Assembly: GCA_951406725.2 (NCBI GenBank) | Contig: OX597814.1 | Coordinates: 189,162,001 to 189,226,000, forward strand | Direction of reading: 5' to 3' | From: Octopus vulgaris | Lineage: Eukaryota | Length of the DNA: 64,000 nucleotides | Shown here: positions 45,613-60,218 of the stretch, in pieces | Numbering within the stretch: position 1 is the first letter of the stretch | Layout of the letters: each line of letters opens with the position of its first letter | The notes under the pieces: generated by a model | Told to the model about the DNA's origin: nothing | What the model saw: the letters and a program-made list of their open reading frames with translations, nothing else | Databases searched by the model: none | Made by a program: the position numbers and the translations under genes

Positions 45613-46050
45613 CCACCGTTGACGTCGTCATACTCATCATCATCATCAGCTGCAGCACCCCTACTGACGTCAACACCCGTATCGTCATCAACATCATCAC
45701 CTTCATCCTTATCACCCCCCCACATCCGCCACCACCAAGACCTTTGTCATCCTTCTCTTCCTTCTCTTCGTCATCATCCTCACCATCCCCACCACCACTA
45801 CCACCACCACCACCACCACCACCATCACAACCACCACCTCCACAACTACCACCTCACCACCACAACCACCACCACCACCACCAATGGTAAATCTAATCTA
45901 TTATGATTATCCCTGCATGTTATTATTACATCTCCATGATCTGCTGGGCGTCATTAAGGGCTCTAATGAAATGATCATCAATATCAGTCTAATCATTATC
46001 ACCATCACCATTACCATCATCATCATCATCATAATCATCCTCATAATCAT
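45325..46050. repeat. Degenerate (CAT)n/(CAC)n trinucleotide field
   Basis: Read directly; source of the poly-H/I/S/D ORFs. Confidence 0.9.
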
Positions 46051-46612
46051 CAACACTGTTATACTATTAATGAAGCCATCGTCATAGTAGCTATTTATTA
46101 TTGATATATTTTACTAGTGGTACTGCTATCAGAATCCTCATCAATTGGGGTTAATGATGATTATCTTATGGTGGGGTTTGATTTTTTAAAGATTGCTTTA
46201 GATAGTTATATGTAGCAGATCTGGCTGTTATTTCTAGAAGCAGGCCAACTCAACTATGTGAGAGTAATCAATAACGTGGGGAGTCTATTCGGTTACACGA
46301 TGTTCGTACTACTGACGTTATAAGTTGTTGTTGCTGTTGTTATTGTTGTTGATATTTTGCCCTTGTTAGCCCTCTTTGAATAGACCAATTGTCAATGCAA
46401 TCCAACTGTGATGAATCTATTTTTATTGTAGACATAGTACACCCAGAGTTATATTACCCATATACGTTGATCTTCCCTTAAGACAAAGGGAAGAAACTAA
46501 AGAGAGGTATGACAGTTTTTTTTTATGAATTGTGCATCGCCAATACGCCACCGAGTCCACTTCTTTGGCCTACGGCTGTTGTTGTTTTGCTTATCCTCAG
46601 GTCTTTCCCGAC

Positions 46613-48269
<1,657 letters not shown>

Positions 48270-48984
48270 ACTTCTTTGTTCACTGGTAAAGCTACATTCG
48301 TTTTTGTTCAATAGATATATCATTTCGTCTTCAGATTATTTATTTGCTATTTTTTCAGCCAAAACTTTTTCTAGTATTTCAGAATATTCTGCGTACAGAA
48401 AGCTGACAGCTAATACATCCTACCTAAATTATGAGTCTCAGCATTCTTCAAGTGTCTGAAAAGGAATCATGCCAGCAACATCAAACAAATACCATCTTCA
48501 CCAATATAATTGCTTACAAACGAGATATCCACCAAGAAAAGAATCAATTTCCCAGAAATAAATATCCGCCATATTAGCACCAGCATGCAAGCAAGCATGC
48601 ACTGAAAACAGAGCGTAAATCCACTGCGACCGTGTCCTGTTGTAAAGATTCAAGGAATTCGTAGACGATATGACATCAAACGCTTGGGATACTATGTACC
48701 AATGATACAAACTACAATTTGCAAATGTCACATTATAGTAGAACATACCTCAGAACTTGTCGATAATATAACTTAAAGTACAATATACTTTTCCTTTTCA
48801 GAAGAATGTACAGATGGTTTTAGTTTATTATACATAACTCAATTTAAATGGCTGTGTGGAATTTAGTTATCTATAACAGATAGGCAACCTTTCCAGATTA
48901 ACTCTATATACATGTGTTTTAAAAAGAATATTATTTTACCATTCGTGAATGTTGAGTATTGACCGAAAAAGTACGAGCGCGAAT

Positions 48985-49330
48985 ACAGCAACTGAAACTG
49001 GATTCCACCGAAGGATCTCTGGAACGTAAATGGTTCACGGAATCTTTGCATAGATAGATCCATTCTTCAGTACAATGGACATGTGATTAGAATGTCACAG
49101 GAATCACCTGACGTCTTCTTCAAGGTGAGCCAACCAACAGATGACAAAGGGAGTAGATCAAGAACGAGATGGTCACGCTTGGGAATCGAACGAGATAGTT
49201 AATAAAGGTTGCTTCATATCGAATCCTATGGAGGAGGTACCTGAGATCTCCAGACTCGCGATCCTCTCAGAAATATTGGACGGAGAAGTTAAATGGATTG
49301 TATGGACAAAGCTTGTTATTTGCAATTTAT
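48985..49330 (+). pseudogene. RTE-clade LINE 3' fragment, decayed
   Basis: GFHRRISG ... RSILQYNGHVIRMSQE...SRSRTRWSRLGI resembles the RTE C-terminal GHV.RM / GRP..RW motifs. Confidence 0.7.
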
Positions 49331-50569
49331 TAATGTTTTGTGATCGACGTCGACAAAAAATGAACAGAGTTATTTAGTGTAGAGTTCGGTTTTACTATTT
49401 GGTTAAATTTATTACACCTACCTCCGTGTCACGAATGCTGTTGAAAATATTAGAACATCAAGACGAACAACAGGAGTTGAACGCTTATTGCTTTTTTATT
49501 GGTATCATTGTTACAGTGGTGAAATTCGGGCACACATTCCTTACACAAAGAAGACGAACAACCAGAAATGGGGGCTGGCAGACAAGGGGTATGACGGATG
49601 TAAGGATTTGTTGTATTTGATGAGAAATGATATTTTTTCTCCTGGCATGCCTCGTGCGTGAAACGAATTTAAATATTATTTGTTGTAACGTTTGGGTAAA
49701 GAAATTGAGGTTTTCAATTCAAGACTGGATGAAATAGCTTTTGCTCATTGCTAATCTGGAATCGATGAAATAAATATTAGGCAAACACTACGGTCAATTA
49801 AGCCAACTATTAACAGTTTTACAACATTCATAGCTTTGTACAGATTTTAGAAATTTAAATTCGACTGCGTTATCATTATATTCTTCTACAATCAACTGGA
49901 TCGTTACATCCAACTATGTTGTCGTTAGTGTTATACTTAGAGCCAAGCATTCTATTAATGACGATCACAACTTATTTCCAAACGTATCGCTTCTCGGATT
50001 TCACTAACTAAAGTATCAATTACTATCTTTATTTTTCTGGTGTAATAAATAGATTATCACTTCTATTGAAATATGTCTGCAGTATATAAACTTCCGTTAT
50101 ATATAAGGGTTAGACTGCAAAACAAAATTTACAGTTTTATTCAATATAGCTTCGATTAGGCGAATGCAATGTAGAGATTGACAAATTAAATTATTTTTTC
50201 ATTTGGTTATTAAAGAAAAGTTACAAATTATCAAAAGATAAATTAACATATAAGAAAGTTGTTAATTAAGAAAACCGATGGTTCTTCAATGAATAAGACT
50301 AAAAAGAAATTTAATGAATGTTGCTTGAAATATAGATTGATGAATGCTTCTTTCTAATTAGACATCCATTTGTATTTAGAGATTCACACACTTTCAAATA
50401 CATACATATACTAATATACGCCTGTGTGTGCGTGGGTGTATGCATGTGTATTTACGTGTGTGCCTGTGAGTAAGTGTGTGTATGTATGTGCATGTGTGAG
50501 CATGTGTGTACAAGTATCATTCTGAATATACATGTATGGAAATATTCTAGATACATTTAGTAGTATCCA

Positions 50570-51884
50570 TGGAAACAAATAACACTGACTGTAAGAAGGA
50601 CTCATTAGAAATCTTGAGTCTTTAATTTATTTTAACGTAACTAATAAGGACTTGACTTGGGATAGAACATTGATTCAGAAGCATTTGATTCAGTAACAAA
50701 GGACCGCCTTTGGAAGTAATTACAGCTTGAATTCTACGAGGTATGGACTCGTACAATTGTTTCCAAAGGAATTTTTCTCCATTCTCCAGCTAAAATATTC
50801 TCCAGTTCTTGTAGTGATGATGGTGGAGGATATCGACTCCTTACTTGTTTTTTCTAAAATGCACCATAAATGTTCGACCCGGGGACTGTGGTGGCCAAAT
50901 AAGATGTTCAACTTCACTAGAATGTTACTCGTGCCATTCAGTAACAACTTTAGCTGTATGAATTGGTGCATTGTCAAGCTGAAAGATTGTTTCCCTCCCG
51001 AAATAGATCCGTAACCATAGGATGAATTTGATCAGATAAAATGCTTGAATAGTCTTGACTATTAATTCTGGCATGAAGGGAAAGCATTGGGCCGGCGGAT
51101 TTCCAAGATATAGCCCCCTCCACCCGTTCACCACAGATCCTCCTCCATGTTTAACAGTTCGAAGAAGGCAGTCTGGGTCAAATGCTTGTTTTGTTTGTCT
51201 CCACGCGTATACTCGGCTGGTGGTCAGAAATAAGGTGAAAGATGACTCGTCCGAGAAAATAACATTCTTCCACTTTGGGACCAATTCTGTAGGTTTTTAC
51301 TCCACTTTTAACGCTTTGCAACGTTTGCTTTTGAAAGTAGTAGTTTTCTGATTGCAGCCCTCCAGTGAAATCCGGGTTCGTGCAGCTCCCGGGGAACAGT
51401 TTTTTGTGGAAACTGCGTTCTCGAGGTGGTCATTAAGCTCTGCAGTAATTTTGGGAGCTGTACTTTTGTGATCCTTTCTAATAATTCACGTAAGAATCCG
51501 ACGGTCCCTATCTGAAAGTTTTGGTCTTCTTCTGCAGTTTTGTTTCGACGAGGTTTTTTCCTCTTTCTCAAAAGCTGTCATTACTTTCGAGACAGTACTT
51601 TTTGATACACCAAACATTTCGGCTGTTTTCGTTACGCTAGCGCCAGCCATACGACCACCAACAATTTAACCTCTTTGAAAGTCCGATAGATCTTTCATTT
51701 TAATGAATTTTAATTGCCCTTTTCTGATGAGATCTAAAAAGAAGGAGCAATTTTAGCAAAACATATGAAGCAACACTAATAATAAATAAATAAAAAAACA
51801 TTAAAAAAAGATTTTGACGGTTTTATAGCTATTTCAAAATTATGATGCTATGATGCTAGGTGAGTCCATGATTTTTCCAACCCT

Positions 51885-51888
<4 letters not shown>
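50570..51888 (-). pseudogene. Decayed Tc1-family DNA transposon (DDE transposase)
   Basis: WKNVIFSDESSF, TVKHGGGSV, FQLDNAPIH and EHLW motifs spread over frameshifted ORFs; TIR-like tacaagggttggaaaaatcatggac at the right end; left end uncertain. Confidence 0.9.
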
Positions 51889-51949
<61 letters not shown>

Positions 51950-52149
51950 AAGTACTCACACGTGTGTGTGTGTTTGTGTGCGCATTGACTTTCGTATATC
52001 GTGGATAACTGCTTTACTCAGCTAACGAAATATGAAAAAGAAATTTGAATTCTAGTCATCTTTTGGCCAGACACCCATAAAATTTCTAATTTGATGTTAT
52101 AAATATAATATAGTCTTGCAATTTATCATCTCAACTACCACTATGTACA

Positions 52150-52470
52150 TTACTCCAGAGCTTTCAGACAAAACCTACATCTGAGAAACGCAATCATAAG
52201 ACTGCCCTGTCTGGTGAAGCTGCATGAATATAGGAACGACCCACTATGAACGGGACAGGATTACAGGTAAAGGCGGACTACGCAAGTCTTGAACTAAACT
52301 CCTTGTCATGAGTCCCGACGAACCACTAACGTCCGAATTTCGGCAGAACCTTCTGAACGCGCATCGGACTTTTTTTCTCTCCATGTCCTGTTTTCTCCCA
52401 TTTGCTGTTCCTTGGTCGTCATAAGCAACGACAGACTACCTAATTAACAAATATTTACATTACCATTTGC
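52150..52470 (+). pseudogene. Possible Penelope-like element 3' end: GIY-YIG C-terminal remnant plus hammerhead remnant
   Basis: Frame from 52201 reads GEAA*I*ERPTMNGTGLQV (EA..I...P.MN..G pattern); then agtcc-cgacga...gaa-cgcgca-TC-ggact at 52311-52370. Confidence 0.4.
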
Positions 52471-52513
52471 AAGATAATTATAAGTGATAGTTTAATCATA
52501 GGTTATTGCATGA

Positions 52514-52830
52514 AGGTACATGGCTCAGTATTTACAGCGTCAGGTTCACAATCATGAAGTAGTGAGTTCAATTCTCGGACCGGGTAGTTGTGTTGTGCTC
52601 TTGAGCAAGACCCTATATTTCCTTTTGCTCCAGTTGACACAGCAATTGGAAATGAGTTGCGACGTCACTAATGCCAATCTGTATCAGCCTTTGCCTTTCT
52701 CTTGGACAACATCGGTGGCACCGAAAGGGGAGATTGGCATGCATGGGAGACGGTTGGTCTTCGATAAACAACTTTGCGCGAACTTGTGCTTCGGATGGTA
52801 ACTTTCTAGGTACAATCCCATGTTCATCAG
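52514..52830 (+). mobile_element. SINE family D
   Basis: tggctcagt...gagttcaattctcggaccggg...gtgctcttgagcaagac...gcctttctcttggacaacatcggtgg. Confidence 0.8.
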
Positions 52831-53394
52831 AGGTAATATAATTTCAAAATAGGGAAGAAAATGAAAAATTTCGGGCGATTTAGTGTAATCATAGAACAGC
52901 TAGATCAAAAATGAGCGATCATCCGTTTTCTCACAATCATTGGATTGCGAAGCGCTCCTCACGAACGCAGGTTCGTACGATGGTTGTGAGTAGGAATCAG
53001 AAAGAGAAGTATAAGTACGCAAGGCTCATGTGCACACTGATTTCGTAAAACAAAAGAGAAGAATAACAACGCAATGCGCATGTCAAAATAAAACGGAAGA
53101 GAAGAATAAAAACGCATTGCCAAACAAGTTATGTGATGGCCTGCATGCCACGTCTAACACCACTATCACGCAGCTTCGCTGCAATTTTTTCTTTTCGTTA
53201 CTTGACACTGATTTTAGATCTATAAGGTGTCTTCGTATGAAGATCACTATTGTACAATGTCTAGTTTCTAGATCCACTGAGTCGTTCATGTCTCTATTTC
53301 TTTTTGAGATTGGTATGAATTTGGGACAATTCTATTTTTTCTGTAAATCTGTGGTCTCGTATCTTAAGACATTAACTTCTTTCAGTGCCGGGTT

Positions 53395-53770
53395 TAAGCC
53401 GTGGAGTCAAGATACTTGGGTATCTTCTACTATAGTCTTGAGCCGACCAAAGGCTTGTGAGTGGAAACTCACAGTTAGTAGCTGGGGTCGGAAACTAGAA
53501 ACTGAAAGAAGCCCGTCGTATATATGTATATATGTATGTGTGTATATGTTTGTGTGTCTGTGTTTGTCTCCCCCCGCCAACATCTTTTGACAACCGATGG
53601 TGGTGTTTGCGTCCCGGTAACTTAGCGGTTCGGCAAAAGAGACCGAGAGAATAAGTACTAGGCTTACAAAGACTAAGTCCTGGGGTCGATTTGCTCGACT
53701 AGAGGCGGTGCTCCAGCATGGCCGCAGTCAAACAACTGAAAAAAAGTAAAAGCGTAAAAGAGTAAAAAGT
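53395..53770 (+). mobile_element. SINE family B, diverged 5' end
   Basis: tcttctactatag...ccgaccaaagg...gaaactgaaagaagcccgtcgta...gctccagcatggccgcagtcaaa...gtaaaagagtaaaa. Confidence 0.85.
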
Positions 53771-53909
53771 GTAAGCCAATAGGAGTTAAAGGCATGAAAT
53801 ATGCACAAAACCTCAGGTGCCAGTATGATGTAAATCATTTCAAAAACAGTTTTGTTACTATTCTGGTTGGTGGAACTGTTTCAGAAGCTCAGGTATTTGA
53901 GCTTCTCAA

Positions 53910-54195
53910 ACTATTCAAGGTGTACTTCAATAATGAACAAATATATTTACTCTTTTCAGTAAGTTAAAAACCTGAAACTTCACTGGAAAATAAGTTGGTC
54001 CGCTCTTTTAAATTTGAATTCGGTCAACGTTGCGGTAGCTTCTCAAACGCTTTTTTGTTTGAGAAGCTACCGCAACGTTGACCGAATTCAAATTTAAAAG
54101 AGCGGACCAACTTATTTTCCAGTGAAGTTTCAGGTTTTTAACTTACTGAAAAGAGTAACTATATTTGTTCATTATTGAAGTACACCTTGAATAGT
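53910..54195. repeat. 286-bp palindrome (139-bp arms, 8-nt loop)
   Basis: 53910-54048 is the reverse complement of 54057-54195, one mismatch seen. Confidence 0.92.
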
Positions 54196-54954
54196 CGTAT
54201 TTAACGTGAGCAAGGAAGAAATTTCAGACGCGGGTCTGGAAGATGAGATTGCATGAATAATGAAAGAAGTATAAAAGAACAGAGAGCAAAGTGTTTGAGT
54301 AACTTTATAGTTCAAACAAGACGATGATGTATTAGCTGTAGACACAGACATTAAGAAATCTGTTAAGAAATCTGTGCGGTGATGTGATAATGAGTGAGAC
54401 TTTACCAGCCAATCATATGACCTTCCTTTCGTTGAATAACTACGATGTTTGAGTGTCGATCTTAACTAAACTTGTCGATAGTCGACAGCGTATAGATAAG
54501 ATAATGTTAGAAATCCTTAGAATACTCATGGTTATATATAACAATTAACATTCATTTCGTCTGTCTTTTTACGAGACATTTAGAATAGTCGATTACTTGT
54601 GGCGTATATAGTAAAAGGAAAAACTAAACGGACTTATACTATGTAATTCATATAAGATTTAAATACTATTTACTCTAAACCGGTGCCAAAAAGCAAATCT
54701 AAATCAAACGTAATCTTGTACCATCAGAAAGAGAACTAAATCAACCAAGAATGTTTCGAGACAACTATACTTGAAGTTCAAGAGATAATGTACAATGTTT
54801 TGTCATGCTTCAACTACCGTCAGCACAATACAAATTAGACAAGAAAATATGCCGACGCTGTTGTTTTCTGAAATAGAAAGAATGTTTGCTGCTGATCTGC
54901 TAATGTACAAAATATTTTTGTTGTTATTGTTTCTTATTTCTCTACTTTTAGAAT

Positions 54955-54992
<38 letters not shown>

Positions 54993-55024
54993 GAGAAGAA
55001 TATGTACACACTCAAACTGACGTA

Positions 55025-55090
<66 letters not shown>

Positions 55091-55157
55091 CATAGATATA
55101 TATATATATACTCTTTTACTCGTTTCAGCCATGCAGTTGCGGTCATGATGGAGAACC

Positions 55158-55208
<51 letters not shown>

Positions 55209-55791
55209 TGTCTGTCTGTCTGTCTGTGTGTGTCTGAGTGTATGTATGTGTGTGTATAGATAGATAGATGGATAGATAAATAGGTCGGTAGGTAGGTAGA
55301 TAGATAGATAGATAGATGTGTGTACGTGTCTGTGTGAATGCATTTCAATACATTTGTCTTTGTGTGTATAAGAGTCTATGTGTATTTGTGTATGTGTGTG
55401 TATGTGTGTGGTTATGTGTGTGTGACAGCATGTGTATATTTGTAAAACGGTCTCTAGACGTATTTACAAATGTTATGAATGTGTGGTAGAGAACTTAGCT
55501 TCGCAAATATGTGGTTCAGTGTTCGATCCTCTTATGCGACATTATGGACACTTGCATCAACAATAGTTTCGAGTGCATTAAATATTGGGTGAATAAAATT
55601 TAGTCTAAGTGGAAACTATGGGAAACCCATCTATGAATATATGCAGTGCATATGTGTGTGAAGGCATAGATAAATAAATAAATAAAAATATATATGTGTA
55701 TATATATAATATATATATATATCGACCGTAATCCGAAAAAGATTCTAGATTCGCAACACTTTTGATCTCACCAATTTTGGATAAGAGATTC

Positions 55792-55881
<90 letters not shown>

Positions 55882-55900
55882 TCATATATATATATATATA

Positions 55901-56110
55901 CTAGCAAACGCACCCACCTTTTGGACGGTTTAAGTTGCTGTGGTGGTATTTTTTCCACTTTTTTCTTTGTGCTATCTGAGATCGGTGAGCTAATTACTGT
56001 CTCCTATGAAGAAAATTTGAAGGAATCGGAGTTCAGCGTTGGTGACAGGAAGAATAGAGCCAATCCGATGATAGGTTTGACCCTGAATTTTGAACATTGG
56101 CATATAGGAA
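55901..56110 (-). mobile_element. Possible Helitron-like 3' fragment of another family
   Basis: (TA)n-CTAGcaaacgcaccc...ggacgg arrangement parallels the other CTAG-ended elements; 5' end not found. Confidence 0.35.
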
Positions 56111-56427
56111 TTTTCATGAATGGGTTTGTGACCGAAACTTGTCATCTGGAAGGCAGAGTTATAAGAGCGAATTTTCTGTATAAATTATTGCGAATCAGCC
56201 CCTATATTCTGTCTTCCCACATAGCCTGCGCATAAAGTAATAGCGAATGCCGCATAGACTGAAATTGGTATAGAACTTTCTGAAAGATACGTATAGCTTT
56301 CGCTAGTGGAAGCAAGACTCTTATTTAAAGGTTGATTCTTTCGGACGAATCATATGTGGTTGTTTAAAAGAGGCTAGAACGACAATGAAGAACAAGCAGG
56401 TGTATTAGTTTGACGGAAAGTGAGAAA

Positions 56428-56466
56428 GCCTTATACGTTTCGAGCCTACACACTTCAACAGAAATG
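56428..56466 (-). ncRNA. Degenerate minimal hammerhead motif in a pLTR-like fragment (~56350-56580)
   Basis: Minus strand: ttt-CTGTTGA-a-gtgt[gtag]gctc-GAAA-cg-TA; core A6 altered and stem I weak. Confidence 0.45.
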
Positions 56467-56868
56467 AATAAGAGAAAAACGGAGAAAGAATTAAAAAGAC
56501 TTGTGGATTTAGTGATCAAGCATGGCAACTGGTTGGGAAAAACAAGGTTTCACAAGAGAGTAGAAAGAAGGGGAGATTATATAGATAAATATATATATAT
56601 ATAAGAATTTTTTGCGTAATGAAATAAAAAAACCCAAGGCCATGTAGATATAAGAACATTTATAGATAATGTTCTAATATCTGCACAGCCTTGGTTTTTT
56701 ATCTCATTACGCAAATAAAATTTATATACACACGCTGACATATTGACCAACATTGAACCCCTTATTCGCAAAATCACCGAACCCGGAACTTAACTATGGT
56801 CTATCCATAGCACTTATCCAGCATTACCTGACACCTTTGGGTCTCAATGACACCATTATCTCTTATAA

Positions 56869-56909
<41 letters not shown>

Positions 56910-57392
56910 TGGGACGGTATAGTTGTGTGAGACCATCAGCAACAATCAGCTGTTGTTCTGAAAAAAGTTATTGGTGATATGTGCTCTGCAATGAGTTACA
57001 CACACTTCCTTGTAACTCTCGCTCTCAGAAATACAGTGAAACCTATTCGAAGTTAATACACACCTGTTGCGCTACAAGCATAAATGAAGAAAGAAATATA
57101 TAAATAATGTAATTTTATCAATGATTGAATGCTTCCTGTCAAGTTTACACAGAGTTATCTTCACAAGAAACGTATTGTTTGTGACTTTACGAGGAGAATT
57201 CAAGAAATTCTACTTGAAAACAAGTATGTCAATGTCACAACATAAATATATTCCCAATACACGTAAGAATTTATGCACAGATACGCAAACATACATAATG
57301 ACATATAAATACATGGAATGACGCGATTTATGATAATACCTACGGCTATGTGCATAAATCTAATCAAATATGCACACACACTCACACATATG

Positions 57393-57448
<56 letters not shown>

Positions 57449-57449
<1 letters not shown>

Positions 57450-57696
57450 TTATTCATATATTGATATAAATGGTAAGACAACAAAAAGAATGAAAGAGAC
57501 CTCGATATTATGTAAATAGAGGAATTTATCTGTAAATAAAATATGTGACAATTATTCGGTAGCATGATAAAACTCCGAGTTTCGGATGTCAGGGCGATAA
57601 CTGAAGAGATGTCGGCGTATGTTTCCGCCCCGACATCCGAAACTCGATGTTTTATCATGGCTACCGAATAATTGTCACACATTATATTTACAGATA
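57449..57696. mobile_element. Fold-back hammerhead element (~70-bp arms plus ~78-nt tail) between TA-rich tracts
   Basis: 57527-57595 is approximately the reverse complement of 57626-57696; tail shared with 5489-5552. Confidence 0.8.
57596..57656 (+). ncRNA. Type I hammerhead ribozyme motif
   Basis: gataa-CTGAAGA-gatgtcgg[14 nt]ccgacatc-c-GAAA-ctcgatg-TT-ttatc; the other arm keeps stem III as ctc-g-gag. Confidence 0.75.
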
Positions 57697-58090
57697 TATC
57701 TATCTATCTATCTATGTATCTATATATATATATGTAAATATTCAGATGTATATGTGTGGAATTGAGATGTTCTGAGCTTTGCGTGTTCTTCTAGTTTGTA
57801 AGCGTTATACTAATGTTCCCTCATGCAAAAATATGAAATTGAAGGAGGCGTGATCGAAGTTACACAGTATAAACATGGACATGTTCCTAAACACACACAT
57901 GCACTCACACACATACATACACACACACACACACTTCATCAAGGGATTCTCTCGAAAGTTGAATGTTTAAAGGTAAAGTGGATAATTTGCATTTTTTATT
58001 CCAAATGAGGTTCGTCTCTACAAATGTCCAGAGATATATATGTAGCATTGGGAAGTTTTAGCTTTATACGTATATATGTATGTATGTATG

Positions 58091-58149
<59 letters not shown>

Positions 58150-58809
58150 GTATTTTATATTATTTATTTAATTTTAAAAAATTTTAATTTGCAAATATTG
58201 TAATGACGTTTTTTCATGCAGAACTACGTCCGTTTCATTAACATACTCTCTTCAAATTTAAATGTTTGAAAGAGGAGACAGTACATTTTGTATTCTAAAT
58301 ATAACTCAAAGAGGAGAAAAAGAAGGAAAGAGGGGAAAAAAGAATGGAAGGAAAGGGAAAGAGAGAAAGAAAGTAAAAAGACTTTCAATGATGCCAATAG
58401 ACCTGTATTTTTTTTTTTTGAAGAGGTCATCATCCTTAAACCAATTCCAATATAATGGTAAATAACTAAATAAATGAGTGTATAAATGAATGGTGAATAG
58501 AAAGGGGGGTCGCCCTTCTCTCTCTCTCTCCTCTCTATCTATCTATCAGCCCATCTACCTAAGTACATTTCTATCTGTCCATCTGCATTGTCATGGAACC
58601 TCACCCCCCCCAAAAAAAAACAGTGTTCTCTTCTAAACACCACCCACCAATCATCTTATATAGGTTGTTTGTACATTCACAAAATTTTATTTGACAAGTT
58701 CGAGAAACGAACGAAAGCGCTTATGATAATAATTAAGAAGTAAAAAGACTTTTTTCCAAAATTCTGACAACTTTTTTCTCAATATTCAATTTCTGTACAT
58801 CATACCTAA

Positions 58810-59019
58810 CTATATACATAAACATATATATATATATACATAAACATATATATATATATATATACATATATACATATATATATATTTATACATATATATA
58901 TACATATATACATATATATATATTTATACATATATACTTATATATATATACATATATATATACATATATACATATATATATATTTATACATATATACATA
59001 TATATATATACATATATAT

Positions 59020-59050
<31 letters not shown>

Positions 59051-59375
59051 TACATAAACATATATACATATATACATATGTATATATATATATATACATA
59101 AACATATATACATATGTGTATATATATATATATATACATATATACATACATATATACATATATATATATATACATATGTATATATATATATATATACATA
59201 AACATATATACATATATACATATGTATATATATATACATAAACATATATACATATATACATATGTATATATATACATATATACATATGTATATATATATA
59301 TATATACATATATACATATGTATATATATATATATATACATATATACATATGTATATATATATATACATATATAC

Positions 59376-59432
<57 letters not shown>
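58810..59432. repeat. TA-derived higher-order minisatellite
   Basis: Recurring catatatacatatgtatata and cataaacatatata units. Confidence 0.9.
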
Positions 59433-59436
<4 letters not shown>

Positions 59437-60149
59437 GGTCCCGGGTTGAGTCGGGGTTAACCACAGTAAATAAGGTACTCAATATATAGCAGAGTAAATT
59501 AATTTATTATATAGAAGGAGCTTCTACAGGACTAGAACTGTTTCATTCAAAAGAAATCATCAGGAAGCTAGTTGACAAGAGTTGTTTTGACATTTATACA
59601 TTTAGGCAGGTTTAAAGGGGTGGTGGTGGGGGACTTAATGGGGGTAGGCATGACGCAAAACTATCATTCTTAGGGGAGTGGTCAAAGGAGTCGGTGGTAA
59701 AGTAGATAATAGAATAAATAAAAGAATAAAAGAATACATAGAAAAATAGAGTTTTAGGTAAATAAGGAGACTCTCACTTATACATATACATATATATATA
59801 TATATACACCCACGCGTTCATATATATATATATATATATGAACGCGTGGGTGTATATATATATATATATATATGTATATGTATAAGTGAGAGTCTCCTTA
59901 TTTACCTAAAACTCTATTTTTCTATTTATTCTTTTATTCTTTTATTTATTCTTTTATCTACTTTACCACCGACTCCTTTGACCACTCTCCTAAGAATGAT
60001 AGTTTTGCGCTATGCCTACCCCTAAAAAGTCCCCCACCACCACCCCTTTAAACCTGCCTAAATGTATAAATGCCAAAACAACTCTTGTCAACTAGCTTCC
60101 TGATGATTTCTTTTGAATGAAACAGTTCTAGTCCTGTAGAAGCTCCTTC

Positions 60150-60158
<9 letters not shown>
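59433..60158. mobile_element. Fold-back hammerhead element (~325-bp arms centred on (TA)n, ~72-nt tail); PLE-like
   Basis: 59505-~59829 is approximately the reverse complement of ~59830-60158 with scattered mismatches; tail 59433-59504; (TA)n on both sides. Confidence 0.85.
60094..60144 (+). ncRNA. Type I hammerhead ribozyme motif with intact core (mirror copy 59519-59569, minus strand)
   Basis: agcttc-CTGATGA-tttc[tttt]gaat-GAAA-cag[ttctagtc]ctg-TA-gaagct; 6-bp stem I and a GUA cleavage triplet. Confidence 0.82.

Positions 60159-60218
<60 letters not shown>

Noticed and set aside
45257-46087. Poly-His/Asp/Pro/Ser ORFs
   Set aside because: Trinucleotide repeat field open in several frames on both strands
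48430-48780. Repeat-free stretch with an 82-aa minus-strand ORF and a GTATGT donor-like site
   Set aside because: No recognisable protein motif or consistent exon frame
52880-52990. AIIRFL, reminiscent of a mariner N-terminal HTH
   Set aside because: Only a few residues with a stop, and no TIR found
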